Origin: Fusobacteriales bacterium
Lineage (GTDB): Bacteria; Fusobacteriota; Fusobacteriia; Fusobacteriales; Fusobacteriaceae
Assembly: GCA_020063625.1 (NCBI GenBank)
Contig: JAICDD010000003.1
Coordinates: 16,833 to 80,832, forward strand
Length of the DNA stretch: 64,000 nucleotides
Reading direction: 5' to 3'
How positions within the stretch are numbered: the first letter of the stretch is position 1; the number at the start of each line of letters is the position of its first letter. Both the position numbers and the translations under genes were made by a program. This document shows, piece after piece, positions 1-9,480 of this stretch. Below the pieces are notes generated by a model. That model had not been told where the DNA came from. It was given only the letters and a program-made list of their open reading frames with translations, and ran no database searches.

Positions 1-38
1 GCTTAAAAGCCTCTTTTTTATTTTTTTATTAAATTTTC

Positions 39-67
39 TTGACTTTTATAATAAATTATAGTATAAA
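39..67 (+). promoter_or_regulatory. sigma70-type promoter of the rrf2-cysK operon
   Basis: TTGACT (39-44), 17 bp, TATAAA (62-67). Confidence 0.65.
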
Positions 68-123
68 ATTAATATAACATACTTTTCTTATGTATAATGT
101 ATGAAAATTGAGGGGGTGAAATT

Positions 124-549
124 TTGCAACTACCTACCAAAACAAAAACAGGTATAAAAGCTTTACTTTATATAGCTATGCAAAATGAAAAATATAGATG
201 TAGTATTAAAGAGATTGCAGAGGAATTAAATATTTCTAATAGATATCTAGAACAAATTTTTAGATATTTTAAAAAATCAAATATTTTAGAAGGAAGTAAA
301 GGTCCTAATGGTGGATATAAATTACTTAAAAAAGCAAATAAAATTTCTCTATATGAAGTAATTTCTTTGTTACAGCCAGAATTAATAAAAGAGGATATTA
401 CAGAAAATAACGATAAATACGAAAATTCAATTAATATTACATTATCAAAACCATTAGATAGTTTAATTATTAATTTTTTAAAAAAAACATCTTTACAAGA
501 CTTATTAGATAATTTCAATTTAGAAGAACATTATATGTATTATATTTAA
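124..549 (+). CDS. Rrf2-family transcriptional regulator (CymR-like)
   Basis: Rrf2 wHTH motifs ([29 protein letters not shown]). Lacks the C-terminal Cys triad of IscR. Upstream of cysK. TTG start after GAGGGG. Confidence 0.85.
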   Translation: MQLPTKTKTGIKALLYIAMQNEKYRCSIKEIAEELNISNRYLEQIFRYFKKSNILEGSKGPNGGYKLLKKANKISLYEVISLLQPELIKEDITENNDKYENSINITLSKPLDSLIINFLKKTSLQDLLDNFNLEEHYMYYI

Positions 550-560
550 GGAGGAGAATA

Positions 561-1475
561 ATGATTTATAACAATATTTTAGAATTAATAGGAAAAACAC
601 CAATTGTAAAATTAAACAGCATCGATACTTTTGGGACAGAAATTTTGGTAAAATTAGAATCTTTTAATCCTGGAGGAAGTGTAAAAGATAGAATAGCAAA
701 AAATATGATCGAATCAGCTGAAAAACAAGGATTAATAAATAAAGATACTATTATAATAGAACCTACAAGTGGAAATACTGGTGTGGGATTAGCTATGAAT
801 GCTGCTGCTAAAGGATACAAACTTATCCTTACAATGCCTGATACAATGAGTATAGAAAGAAGAAATCTTTTAAAAGCTTATGGTGCAGAACTTGTATTAA
901 CTGATGGTAAACTTGGAATGAAAGGTGCAATTGATAAAGCTATTGAATTAAATGAAGAGTATGAAAATTCAATAATTTTACAACAATTTGAAAATCCTGC
1001 AAATCCTGATGTTCATAGAAAAACTACTGCTATTGAAGTATTAGAAGATACTGAAAAAAATGTTGATATTTTTGTAGCAGGTGTAGGTACTGGTGGTACT
1101 GTTACTGGTGTTGGAGAAATATTAAAAAAAGAAATTCCTAATGTAAAAATTGTCGCTGTAGAACCAGAAGCATCAGCTGTATTATCAGGAAATGGTCCTG
1201 GACCACATAAAATCCAAGGTATTGGAGCAGGATTTGTACCAAAAGTATTAAATACTGGAGTATTTGATGAAATAGTTCAAGTATCAAATGAAGAATCTTT
1301 TGAACATGCTAGACTTTTAGCTCAAAAAGAAGGAATTTTAGCAGGTATATCTAGTGGAGCTGCACTTGCTGCTGCATTAAAACTAGCTCAAAAAGAAGAA
1401 AATAAAGGAAAAAGAATAGTTGTAGTATTACCAGATACAGGAGAGAGATATCTTTCAACTGGAATATTTGGATAA
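561..1475 (+). CDS. cysK: cysteine synthase A
   Basis: [17 protein letters not shown]-lysine motif, [24 protein letters not shown]. Confidence 0.97.
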   Translation: MIYNNILELIGKTPIVKLNSIDTFGTEILVKLESFNPGGSVKDRIAKNMIESAEKQGLINKDTIIIEPTSGNTGVGLAMNAAAKGYKLILTMPDTMSIERRNLLKAYGAELVLTDGKLGMKGAIDKAIELNEEYENSIILQQFENPANPDVHRKTTAIEVLEDTEKNVDIFVAGVGTGGTVTGVGEILKKEIPNVKIVAVEPEASAVLSGNGPGPHKIQGIGAGFVPKVLNTGVFDEIVQVSNEESFEHARLLAQKEGILAGISSGAALAAALKLAQKEENKGKRIVVVLPDTGERYLSTGIFG

Positions 1476-1491
1476 ATAAAAAATAAAAAGA

Positions 1492-1594
1492 GGATGACTG
1501 AAAAGGACCTCTAAAATAAATTAATTAAACAAGTTCTTGATTTTTAAGGACTTGTTTTTAATTTATTTAATAAAACTTAACTTTTCTGTCATCC
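1492..1594. repeat. full-length REP/MITE-like element with ~14-bp terminal inverted repeats and a central palindrome
   Basis: GGATGACTGAAAAG (1492-1505) and CTTTTCTGTCATCC (1581-1594), 1 mismatch. Core AAACAAGTTCTT-gattttt-AAGGACTTGTTT. Lies between convergent cysK and cstA. Confidence 0.75.
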
Positions 1595-1624
1595 AATTTT
1601 CTATATATAATTTTATCCCTTTAA

Positions 1625-3022
1625 TCACTCTTTGCTATATTCTATCTCTTTATTTCTTATAAATAAGAAACTTCCAAGTGCTAATATTGCTGCTAACACC
1701 CCTATTGGATAAGCAATATTTTCAGAGATTTGAAATCCTTCTTTCGCTATTAAAATATATGTTGTAATTACTGCTGTCATAAATGTTGCTGGTATTACTG
1801 CTATTAAATAATTTTTACCATTATTTTTTAAATATACTGCACCTGCCCATAATGCTATTGTTGCAAGAGTTTGATTTGACCATGCAAAATATCTCCAAAT
1901 TATTGTAAAATCAACAAAACATAATATAAGTCCTATTGTAAATAAAGGTATTGCAATTAAAAATCTATTTTTTACAGGCCCTTGTTTAAATTTTGTAGCA
2001 TCAGCTATTGCAAGTCTAGCACTTCTAAATGCTGTATCCCCTGAAGTTATTGGTGCAGCTACTACTCCAAGTAGTGCTAAAGCTCCTCCTACTTTTCCAA
2101 GTAATGAATTTGATATAGTATTTACTACTACTGCTGCACTTCCTGCGCCAGCTAAATTTTTTGTACTTCCAAAGAATGCCATTGCTGCTGCTGCCCAAAT
2201 TAATGCTACTACTCCTTCAGCTACCATAGCTCCATAAAATACTTTTCTTCCTTCCCTTTCACTTGTAATACATCTAGCCATCATTGGTGATTGTGTAGCA
2301 TGAAATCCTGATATCGCTCCACATGCTATTGTTATAAATAAATATGGAAATGGATTTAATGCTTTTGGATGAAGATTTTGCAATGTTAATTCAGGTATAT
2401 GATATCCTTTAAATATTATTCCACCAGCTATTCCTACACCCATTATAATTAATGAAGCTCCAAATACAGGATAAATTTTTGCTATTAATTTATCTATTGG
2501 AAGTACTGTAGCAATTAAATAGTATACTATAATTACTCCTAACCACCAAAATTTACCTATTCCACTAAGATTTGCTAAAATTGCTGCAGGTCCATTTATA
2601 AATACTACTCCAACTAATATTAATAATACCACTGAAAACACTCTCATAATCTGTTTTGCATTATTTCCTAAATAAATACCTACTATCTCACCAATTGTAG
2701 CTCCATCATGCTTTAATGATAACATTCCTGACATATAATCATGAACTGCTCCTGCAAATATTGTCCCAAATACTATCCATAAAAATGCTATTGGTCCCCA
2801 AAGAGCTCCTGCTATTGCTCCAAATATAGGTCCAAGTCCTGCAATATTTAAGAACTGTATTAAAAATGCTCTTTTCCAATCAATTTCTACATAATCTACT
2901 CCATCATTTAGTCTTTTTGCTGGTGTATCTGCATCTGTTACCCCAAATGATTTTTCAACATATTTCCCATAAAAAAAATATCCAAATACTAAAATAGCCA
3001 AAGAAATAAAAAAAGTAAACAT
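1625..3022 (-). CDS. cstA: carbon starvation protein A family transporter (pyruvate/peptide uptake)
   Basis: IQFLNIAGLGPIFG, GAVHDY, CGAISGFHATQ, AAPITSGDTAFRS motifs; multi-TM. Confidence 0.93.
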   Translation of the reverse strand: MFTFFISLAILVFGYFFYGKYVEKSFGVTDADTPAKRLNDGVDYVEIDWKRAFLIQFLNIAGLGPIFGAIAGALWGPIAFLWIVFGTIFAGAVHDYMSGMLSLKHDGATIGEIVGIYLGNNAKQIMRVFSVVLLILVGVVFINGPAAILANLSGIGKFWWLGVIIVYYLIATVLPIDKLIAKIYPVFGASLIIMGVGIAGGIIFKGYHIPELTLQNLHPKALNPFPYLFITIACGAISGFHATQSPMMARCITSEREGRKVFYGAMVAEGVVALIWAAAAMAFFGSTKNLAGAGSAAVVVNTISNSLLGKVGGALALLGVVAAPITSGDTAFRSARLAIADATKFKQGPVKNRFLIAIPLFTIGLILCFVDFTIIWRYFAWSNQTLATIALWAGAVYLKNNGKNYLIAVIPATFMTAVITTYILIAKEGFQISENIAYPIGVLAAILALGSFLFIRNKEIEYSKE

Positions 3023-3101
3023 AAAAAAACCTCCTAAAAGAATTTGTATTTACTACAATACAATATTACTTCTAAAAGGTTTTAATTTAAATGTTTTTAA
3101 C

Positions 3102-3132
3102 ATAAAGGGTAATTTTTTATACATAAAATGCA
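3102..3132 (-). promoter_or_regulatory. candidate LytTR response-regulator direct-repeat site upstream of cstA
   Basis: Minus-strand TGCATTTTAT (3123-3132) and TACCCTTTAT (3102-3111), 21-bp period; resembles the YpdB GGCATTTCAT repeat. Confidence 0.4.
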
Positions 3133-3143
3133 TAATAACAACA

Positions 3144-3869
3144 TTAAATCATATTCATAATAATTTTAAATTCTTTTATATTGTTTCTACTGACTAATAT
3201 TTCTTTATCTGAATCTTTTATTTTTAAACTATATGTATTATTAAACCATGGTATTATCTCTTCTATTTTTTCTAAATTCACAATATATGACCTATGAGTT
3301 CTAAAAAATTTATTTAAAGGTAATTTTTCTTCAAGGTCACTTATTTTTGATTTTGCTATATATACATTATATTTCGTATGAATTTTACACTCTCTTTCAC
3401 ATGCTTCTATAAAAAGTATCTCATCATAATCTATAACATACATTTTTTCTCTAAACCAACCAACTAATCCATCTATACTTCTATTTTTATATTCCTTTTT
3501 TTGTGCTTCCTCTTCTTTATTAGTTAATTTCATTAAACATTTTATAATTGTTTCTTCTGAATATGGCTTTAAGATATAATCATCAGCTTTTACTTTAAAA
3601 GCATCTACTGCATATTCTGCATAAGCTGTAATAAATACTATTTTTACATCTTCATATAATCCTTTAATTATCTCAGCCAAACTCATTCCATCTATTCCTG
3701 GCATATTTATATCCAAAAATACTATATCACTCTTATAATCTTTTAAAAATTTTATTACCTCTAGTGGATTTTCAAATTCATCTAAAATTTCAATTTTACT
3801 AAATTCTTTAATAAAATATTTTAATTCTTCTCTTGATGGAAATTCATCATCTACAATTATACAGTTCAT
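3144..3869 (-). CDS. LytTR-family response regulator (BtsR/YpdB-like)
   Basis: Receiver (IVDDE, FLDINMP) plus LytTR domain (FFRTHRSYIVNL). Confidence 0.93.
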   Translation of the reverse strand: MNCIIVDDEFPSREELKYFIKEFSKIEILDEFENPLEVIKFLKDYKSDIVFLDINMPGIDGMSLAEIIKGLYEDVKIVFITAYAEYAVDAFKVKADDYILKPYSEETIIKCLMKLTNKEEEAQKKEYKNRSIDGLVGWFREKMYVIDYDEILFIEACERECKIHTKYNVYIAKSKISDLEEKLPLNKFFRTHRSYIVNLEKIEEIIPWFNNTYSLKIKDSDKEILVSRNNIKEFKIIMNMI

Positions 3870-3878
3870 TATTTCCCC

Positions 3879-5549
3879 CTATATTTCAAATCTTATTTGT
3901 GTACCTTGAGTTAGTCTATTTATTTCTATTTCATTATCATATATTAATTTTAATCTATGATATACATTATTTAACCCTATTTTACTTGATTCTATACTAT
4001 TATTATGAATTTTTTCTATAACTTCTTTTTTTATTCCTATTCCATTATCAGTTACTTCTATATAGACTTTGTCTTTTTTATCTTTTATATATACCCAAAC
4101 TGTATCTCCAATTCCTGATTCTATTATTCCATGTTTTATAGCATTTTCAACAAGTGGTTGTATTGTAAATGCTGGAATCTCTTTATTTAATACAGTTTCA
4201 TCTATTTCATATATAATGTTTAATTTATTTCCAAATCTTGCCTTTTCTATATTTACATATGATTTTACATGTTCTAGCTCTTTAGAGATTTTTACAAATT
4301 TTTCCCCAGCTTCTATATTGTATCTAAAATATGTAGATAAATTTATAATAATTTCTCTTGCTTTTTCTGGATTTATTCTTACAAATGATGCTATTGTATT
4401 TAATGAATTAAATAAAAAATGTGGATTTATTTGAGCTTGTAATGCTTTTATCTCTGCTGTTTTAGCTGTTTTTTTGACATTTTCTAATTTACTTATTTCC
4501 ATTTGAGTAGAAATCAGATTTGAAAGTCCTTCTACTAAATATTTTTGTTTTTCTGTCATTTGTTTTGCTGATGAAAAATAAATTTTTATAGTTCCTATTA
4601 CCTGATTTTCACTTTTTAATGGTGCTATTATTGCTGACTTTATATTTTTTATATATTTTTCATTACATATAAAATTAATCATATCTTCTTCTCTATCACA
4701 AATAAATGTTTTTCCTGTATATAATACATCTTTAGTAGCTTTACTTAGTATTTTATTATGTGTTATTGTAAATTCTTCTCTTTTAGAAAAATAGGATAAT
4801 ATGTTTTCTTTATCTGTAATTACAACTAAATCAGCACCTAAAGAATTTAAAACAGTTGCACATACTTTTCTAAGAGAATCATTATTCAATTCTCTAAAAT
4901 ATGGTAATGTTTTATTAGCAATTTCTAATGCTAATTTTGCTTGTTCGCCTGCTACTCTATCTTTTTCTTTTTTTATACTTTCTGTTATTAGTATAATTAC
5001 AGATACTCCTACTGCATTTGCAAATACCATAGGAACATATATATTTTGTACTATATCCATTGCCTTTTCAAATGGTTTTGACATAATTAATATAAATCCC
5101 ATACTAATATTTTCTACTAAAAAACCACCAAAAAACCCAAATATATATCTATTTTGTAGATTAGATTTTTTATAAAAATATCCTCCTATAATTCCGCCTA
5201 GAATAGTAGCTAGCCCACAAGGAAGTGATGTTATTCCTCCTATATCAATGAGAATTCTATGCATTCCAGCCATAATTCCAGCTAATGCTCCTACAAATGG
5301 TCCTCCTAAAAGTCCTGCTACTACTACTCCAATATTTCTAGTATTAGCTATTGCTCCTTTATAATCTACTCCTACATAAGTTCCTACTATTGCCATTGTT
5401 CCAAATATTAATGATAAAAACAGTTTGTCAGGAAATGAAAATTTATCTTTTTGCATAATTTTTTGAAAGATATTAAGTTTTGATAAAAAAAATGCTATTG
5501 CTATTACATACCCTAAATTATTTAATAAATGACTAAATAATACTAACAT
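3879..5549 (-). CDS. LytS/YhcK-type sensor histidine kinase (5TM-GAF-His_kinase)
   Basis: 5TM-LYT region (GAIANTRNIGVVVAGLLGGP), LQAQINPHFLFNSLN, IQPLVENAIKHG. Confidence 0.93.
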   Translation of the reverse strand: MLVLFSHLLNNLGYVIAIAFFLSKLNIFQKIMQKDKFSFPDKLFLSLIFGTMAIVGTYVGVDYKGAIANTRNIGVVVAGLLGGPFVGALAGIMAGMHRILIDIGGITSLPCGLATILGGIIGGYFYKKSNLQNRYIFGFFGGFLVENISMGFILIMSKPFEKAMDIVQNIYVPMVFANAVGVSVIILITESIKKEKDRVAGEQAKLALEIANKTLPYFRELNNDSLRKVCATVLNSLGADLVVITDKENILSYFSKREEFTITHNKILSKATKDVLYTGKTFICDREEDMINFICNEKYIKNIKSAIIAPLKSENQVIGTIKIYFSSAKQMTEKQKYLVEGLSNLISTQMEISKLENVKKTAKTAEIKALQAQINPHFLFNSLNTIASFVRINPEKAREIIINLSTYFRYNIEAGEKFVKISKELEHVKSYVNIEKARFGNKLNIIYEIDETVLNKEIPAFTIQPLVENAIKHGIIESGIGDTVWVYIKDKKDKVYIEVTDNGIGIKKEVIEKIHNNSIESSKIGLNNVYHRLKLIYDNEIEINRLTQGTQIRFEI

Positions 5550-5557
5550 AATCCCTC

Positions 5558-6247
5558 CTACATATAAAATAAAAACGCTCCATTTCTTTTTTTATCTTTA
5601 TTTCTTCTAAATGAAAAATAATTACCATTATATGTACACTCTTTACTAATAATAATATCTTTTATTCCTAAATTTTTCAATAGATTATAATTAAATTTTT
5701 TATTATCAAAATATATCTTATTATTTTTCTCTATAAAAACATCTTTTAATATATTATTATCAAATTTCTCTCTAAATTTTTCTTCAAAGTCTTTTTGTAC
5801 TTCATAATTTAATACATCTATTCCTGGTCCTATTGCTATTAATAAATTGTTTCTTTTTGCATTAAAATTTTTTTCTAATAAATATATAGATTCTTTTACT
5901 ATTTCTTGATAACTCCCTTTCCATCCACTATGAAGAAGAGATATTACTTTACTTTGTTTATCTAAAATATATATTGGTAAACAATCAGCATGTAAAGTAA
6001 ATAATGCAACATTATCTAAATTTGTAATAAATCCATCAATATCTTCAAAATAATTTTCTTTATCATTTTTTATTATTTTAATATTTTTAGAGTGTGTTTG
6101 TTTTGCATAAATAATATTTTTATCTATATCTTGTTTTTTTAAAAAAACTTCTCTACTTTTTATATTTTCAAATGACATATCTCCATCATCTTTATCTGAA
6201 AACAGTGCTTTTACTCCATAATCTTCAAATTTTTTAAAAGCTATCAT
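5558..6247 (-). CDS. pgeF: PgeF/YfiH-family purine nucleoside phosphorylase / peptidoglycan editing factor
   Basis: QTHS, DGFIT, ADCLPI, LHSGWKG, IGPGI, FSFRR motifs. Confidence 0.88.
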   Translation of the reverse strand: MIAFKKFEDYGVKALFSDKDDGDMSFENIKSREVFLKKQDIDKNIIYAKQTHSKNIKIIKNDKENYFEDIDGFITNLDNVALFTLHADCLPIYILDKQSKVISLLHSGWKGSYQEIVKESIYLLEKNFNAKRNNLLIAIGPGIDVLNYEVQKDFEEKFREKFDNNILKDVFIEKNNKIYFDNKKFNYNLLKNLGIKDIIISKECTYNGNYFSFRRNKDKKRNGAFLFYM

Positions 6248-6279
6248 AACAATTCTCCTATTTATATATAAAAATTTTA

Positions 6280-7737
6280 TTAAAATTCAAAAAAATCAAT
6301 TAATTTTTTAAATATATTTTTTTTCATAGTCTCTCTATTAATATTTTGTTTTTTAGAAAGGTCGTTTATATCTTTATTAAATTTACTATTTTCTTCCTCT
6401 CTTTTTAATAAATACTCGCTAAGTATATCTAAAATATTTTTATCATTTTCTATTATTTCTCTAAATGTTACTTTATCAAGAACTAACACTTCTAAATCTA
6501 TTGTTGCAACTACTGTTGCATTTCTTTTATTTCCAGTAAGAAGAGACATCTCTCCAAAAAAATCTCCCTCTCTTAAATTTACTATTTTTCTATTATTAAT
6601 AAGTATATCTACTATTCCAGATTGAATAATAAAAAACGAATCTCCCTCTTCTCCTTCATTTACTATTATTTCACCTTTCCCATATTTAAAAAGCTTTATT
6701 TTTTTACTTAATTCATTTTTACTTTTTTCTGATAAACTTTTTAAAAATTCTATTTTATTTATTAAATTTTTTCTTTTTTCTATTTCTAATTGATTTTCAT
6801 TTTCAATATTTTTAATTATTTCTATATTTTCTCTTACAGGAAAAGGTATTTTTATTTCATTTCTCAAGAAATTATACCAAATATCTCTATAAATATCTGT
6901 TTTTATATTTTGTCTATTTAAATAGTCATCTACTACCCATACCCTCAATATATAATCTATTGAAAAATCTCCGTATTGTTTAATTAATACTTCTGGTGTA
7001 GAGTCATTTAACACTTTTTTATGTTTTTTTGCTATATCTAATAATACATTTATTACTTTATTTGGTGCATCATTATAAGATGTACCTATTTCTATCTCTA
7101 TTCTATATCTTGATTTTCTATAGTAATTAACAAACTTATCTTTTAACAAAATACTATTTGGTATACTTACTACTCCACCACCAAATTTAGTAATTTTCGT
7201 AGACCTCCAATCAGTATCATTAACTTTTCCCTCAATATTATCTACTACAATAGTATCTCCTCTTTTAAAATTTTTTTCAGAAGTTAAAACTATTCCAGCT
7301 ATAAAATTTGTCAATGTATCTTGCAGTGCAAGACCTATTACTGCTGAAAGAATTGCAGATGTTGTTAAAAATGGTGTTAAATTAATATTATAATATCTTT
7401 TTAATGCAAAGAAAAAACTAAATATAAAAATTACTATCAAAATTACACTTCTTAATAATTTTGGTATTTCAAATTTTATAATTTTATAAGAAGTTTCATC
7501 TAAAAATATTCCTAAAATTTTTATAAGTAAAAAAGTAAGAATTATAAAATATACCCCCATAATTTTATTACTAAATTCAAAATAATACTCAGAGCTTTCT
7601 CTTAACACTATTAAAATTAAAATAAAAAACAAATATGTATTTAATTTTTTAAAATTTTTTATTATTTTCTTTGATAAAAACATAAGAAAAATAAAAAATA
7701 CAATTATTCCAAACAAAATATAACCTCTAATTCCCAT
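6280..7737 (-). CDS. MscS-family mechanosensitive channel with C-terminal cNMP-binding domain
   Basis: GLALQDTLTNFIAG, GDTIVV...DTDWRST, IPFP; cNMP domain (VNEGEEGDSFFII, FFGEMSLL...RNATV). ATG at 7737 follows AGGTGG. Confidence 0.9.
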   Translation of the reverse strand: MGIRGYILFGIIVFFIFLMFLSKKIIKNFKKLNTYLFFILILIVLRESSEYYFEFSNKIMGVYFIILTFLLIKILGIFLDETSYKIIKFEIPKLLRSVILIVIFIFSFFFALKRYYNINLTPFLTTSAILSAVIGLALQDTLTNFIAGIVLTSEKNFKRGDTIVVDNIEGKVNDTDWRSTKITKFGGGVVSIPNSILLKDKFVNYYRKSRYRIEIEIGTSYNDAPNKVINVLLDIAKKHKKVLNDSTPEVLIKQYGDFSIDYILRVWVVDDYLNRQNIKTDIYRDIWYNFLRNEIKIPFPVRENIEIIKNIENENQLEIEKRKNLINKIEFLKSLSEKSKNELSKKIKLFKYGKGEIIVNEGEEGDSFFIIQSGIVDILINNRKIVNLREGDFFGEMSLLTGNKRNATVVATIDLEVLVLDKVTFREIIENDKNILDILSEYLLKREEENSKFNKDINDLSKKQNINRETMKKNIFKKLIDFFEF

Positions 7738-7859
7738 AATTACCACCTAATTTATTAATAATATTTTTTTTTTGCCGATATTATATATATGATTTATAAT
7801 TCTACTCTTATTGTAACTGATAATATCATATACTTCAATATTTATTTTAGGAGGTCTTT

Positions 7860-8747
7860 ATGTTAATAAATACTGACTCTAGTTATAATGAAATTAAAAA
7901 TTTTTTTATGACTAATATTAATAAAAATATTCATTTTGAAAATTTGAATTTTTTAAATAATGATTTATATAGTCGTTTTATTTTTGACTCTAATACATCT
8001 ACTATTGATAATATTAGTTTCATTGAAGTAAACAATTATAAAATAATTAATTTATATTTTAAAATTATAGAATCTTCTAATACATATTTACAATTTATAT
8101 TTGAAAATGATGTTTTCAATAATTGTTATTTATTTACAAATATAAATACAATTTATCCTTCTGAAAAAAAAGAATGGCTTTATTGGCTTGGAAATGAAAA
8201 TATTACTGGTATTATAAATGATGATATTTTTATATTAGAAGATACTCCTGTAGAAAAAACTGTAACTACATTATATAAAATTGTTAAAAAAACATTCCCT
8301 ACTTTTTCAAATTTTAATAATGTAAATTTTAATAATACTGATTCTAATGTTTCTACAAATTTACTTCATTTAATATCTTCTGAATTAAATATTGATATTA
8401 ATGAAGTTTATTCAAAATTTAATGATGCTACTAGTTCTATAGATTGGATTGTTGATATTGTTTTAAATGAAAATGAAACTGAATTTTATATAATCTTATC
8501 TGAAGTAGATTTGGAAGTAGAATATAAAAAATTATCTTATTTTGAAAAAATAAAATATTTTGAAAAAATAAAAAGTAGTGATGAACAAAACATAAAAAAA
8601 GAAAGTGTGATATTTTACAGAGAAATTGAAAATGAATTTTATTCAAAAGAGTATATTAAATTAACAATTAATCATGAAAAATTTTCTCCAAATATTACAA
8701 TTGATATAGGCGTTCCTCTTTCTACATCTGATATAAAATTATTATAA
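7860..8747 (+). CDS. hypothetical protein (Asn/Glu/Ile-rich, soluble)
   Basis: 295-aa ORF with GGAGG RBS; no recognisable motif. Confidence 0.7.
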   Translation: MLINTDSSYNEIKNFFMTNINKNIHFENLNFLNNDLYSRFIFDSNTSTIDNISFIEVNNYKIINLYFKIIESSNTYLQFIFENDVFNNCYLFTNINTIYPSEKKEWLYWLGNENITGIINDDIFILEDTPVEKTVTTLYKIVKKTFPTFSNFNNVNFNNTDSNVSTNLLHLISSELNIDINEVYSKFNDATSSIDWIVDIVLNENETEFYIILSEVDLEVEYKKLSYFEKIKYFEKIKSSDEQNIKKESVIFYREIENEFYSKEYIKLTINHEKFSPNITIDIGVPLSTSDIKLL

Positions 8748-8755
8748 AAATATAT

Positions 8756-8810
8756 TAATTAATCGAGTCCATGATTTTACAGGACTCGTTTTTAATTTAT
8801 TTAATAAAAA
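8756..8810. repeat. REP-like palindrome copy
   Basis: AATCGAGTCC-atgattttac-AGGACTCGTTTTTAATTTATTTAATAAAA, matches the 1521-1575 core. Confidence 0.8.
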
Positions 8811-8838
8811 TCAATTTTTTATTTTTTTATTTTTTATA

Positions 8839-8867
8839 TTGACAGACCGACCGTTCTGTATTACACT
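8839..8867 (+). promoter_or_regulatory. promoter with TetR-type operator between -35 and -10
   Basis: TTGACA (8839-8844), N17, TACACT (8862-8867); imperfect palindrome ACAGACCGACCGTTCTGT (8842-8859). Confidence 0.75.
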
Positions 8868-8884
8868 TGTAGTGAGGTGATATT

Positions 8885-9469
8885 ATGGATAAATTAGATA
8901 CCAAACAATTAATTATAGCTACATTTTATAAATTAATAGCTGAAAAAGGATATGATAAAGCTAGCATAAATGATTTAGTTAAAGAAACAAATTTATCAAA
9001 AGGTGCTATTTATCATCATTTTAATAATAAAGATGACATCTTTATTGCTACAATTGAATTTATATTTTCATCAATGATGCAAACTGATTTTTTAGATATT
9101 AATAATATTACAAAAGAAAATTATAAATTAATATTAAAATCTATGGGAAATAATATTTTAAATTTTAATAAAATTGACCCCTATTATTCAAAATTTCAAT
9201 TTGAATTTATAAATCAAGCTTTTAGAATGCCCAAAGTAAAAGAGTATTTAATAAAATCTTTAGAAAATTATTTAGAAATTTTTAATAATTTCTTTGATTA
9301 TCTTTATCAAAAAAATTTTATTTCAAATAAAAAAGACCCTAAAATTATTTCACAACTTTTTTTTATGATGCTTGATTCTATGGTTTTATACAAAACACTT
9401 GATATACCTTTTAATTTTGAAGAAAATTGGGAAAAATTTATTGATTTAATTTTAGATGAAGGAGAATAA
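8885..9469 (+). CDS. TetR/AcrR-family transcriptional regulator
   Basis: N-terminal HTH (KGYDKASINDLVKETNLSKGAIYHHFNNKDDIF). Confidence 0.93.
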   Translation: MDKLDTKQLIIATFYKLIAEKGYDKASINDLVKETNLSKGAIYHHFNNKDDIFIATIEFIFSSMMQTDFLDINNITKENYKLILKSMGNNILNFNKIDPYYSKFQFEFINQAFRMPKVKEYLIKSLENYLEIFNNFFDYLYQKNFISNKKDPKIISQLFFMMLDSMVLYKTLDIPFNFEENWEKFIDLILDEGE

Positions 9470-9480
9470 GGAGGATTAAA

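Noticed and set aside
71-100. dif-like look on the minus strand (ATTATACATAA-GAAAAA-GTATGTTATAT)
   Set aside because: The XerD arm has mismatches, the sequence is AT-rich, and it overlaps the rrf2 start site, where an operator explains it better
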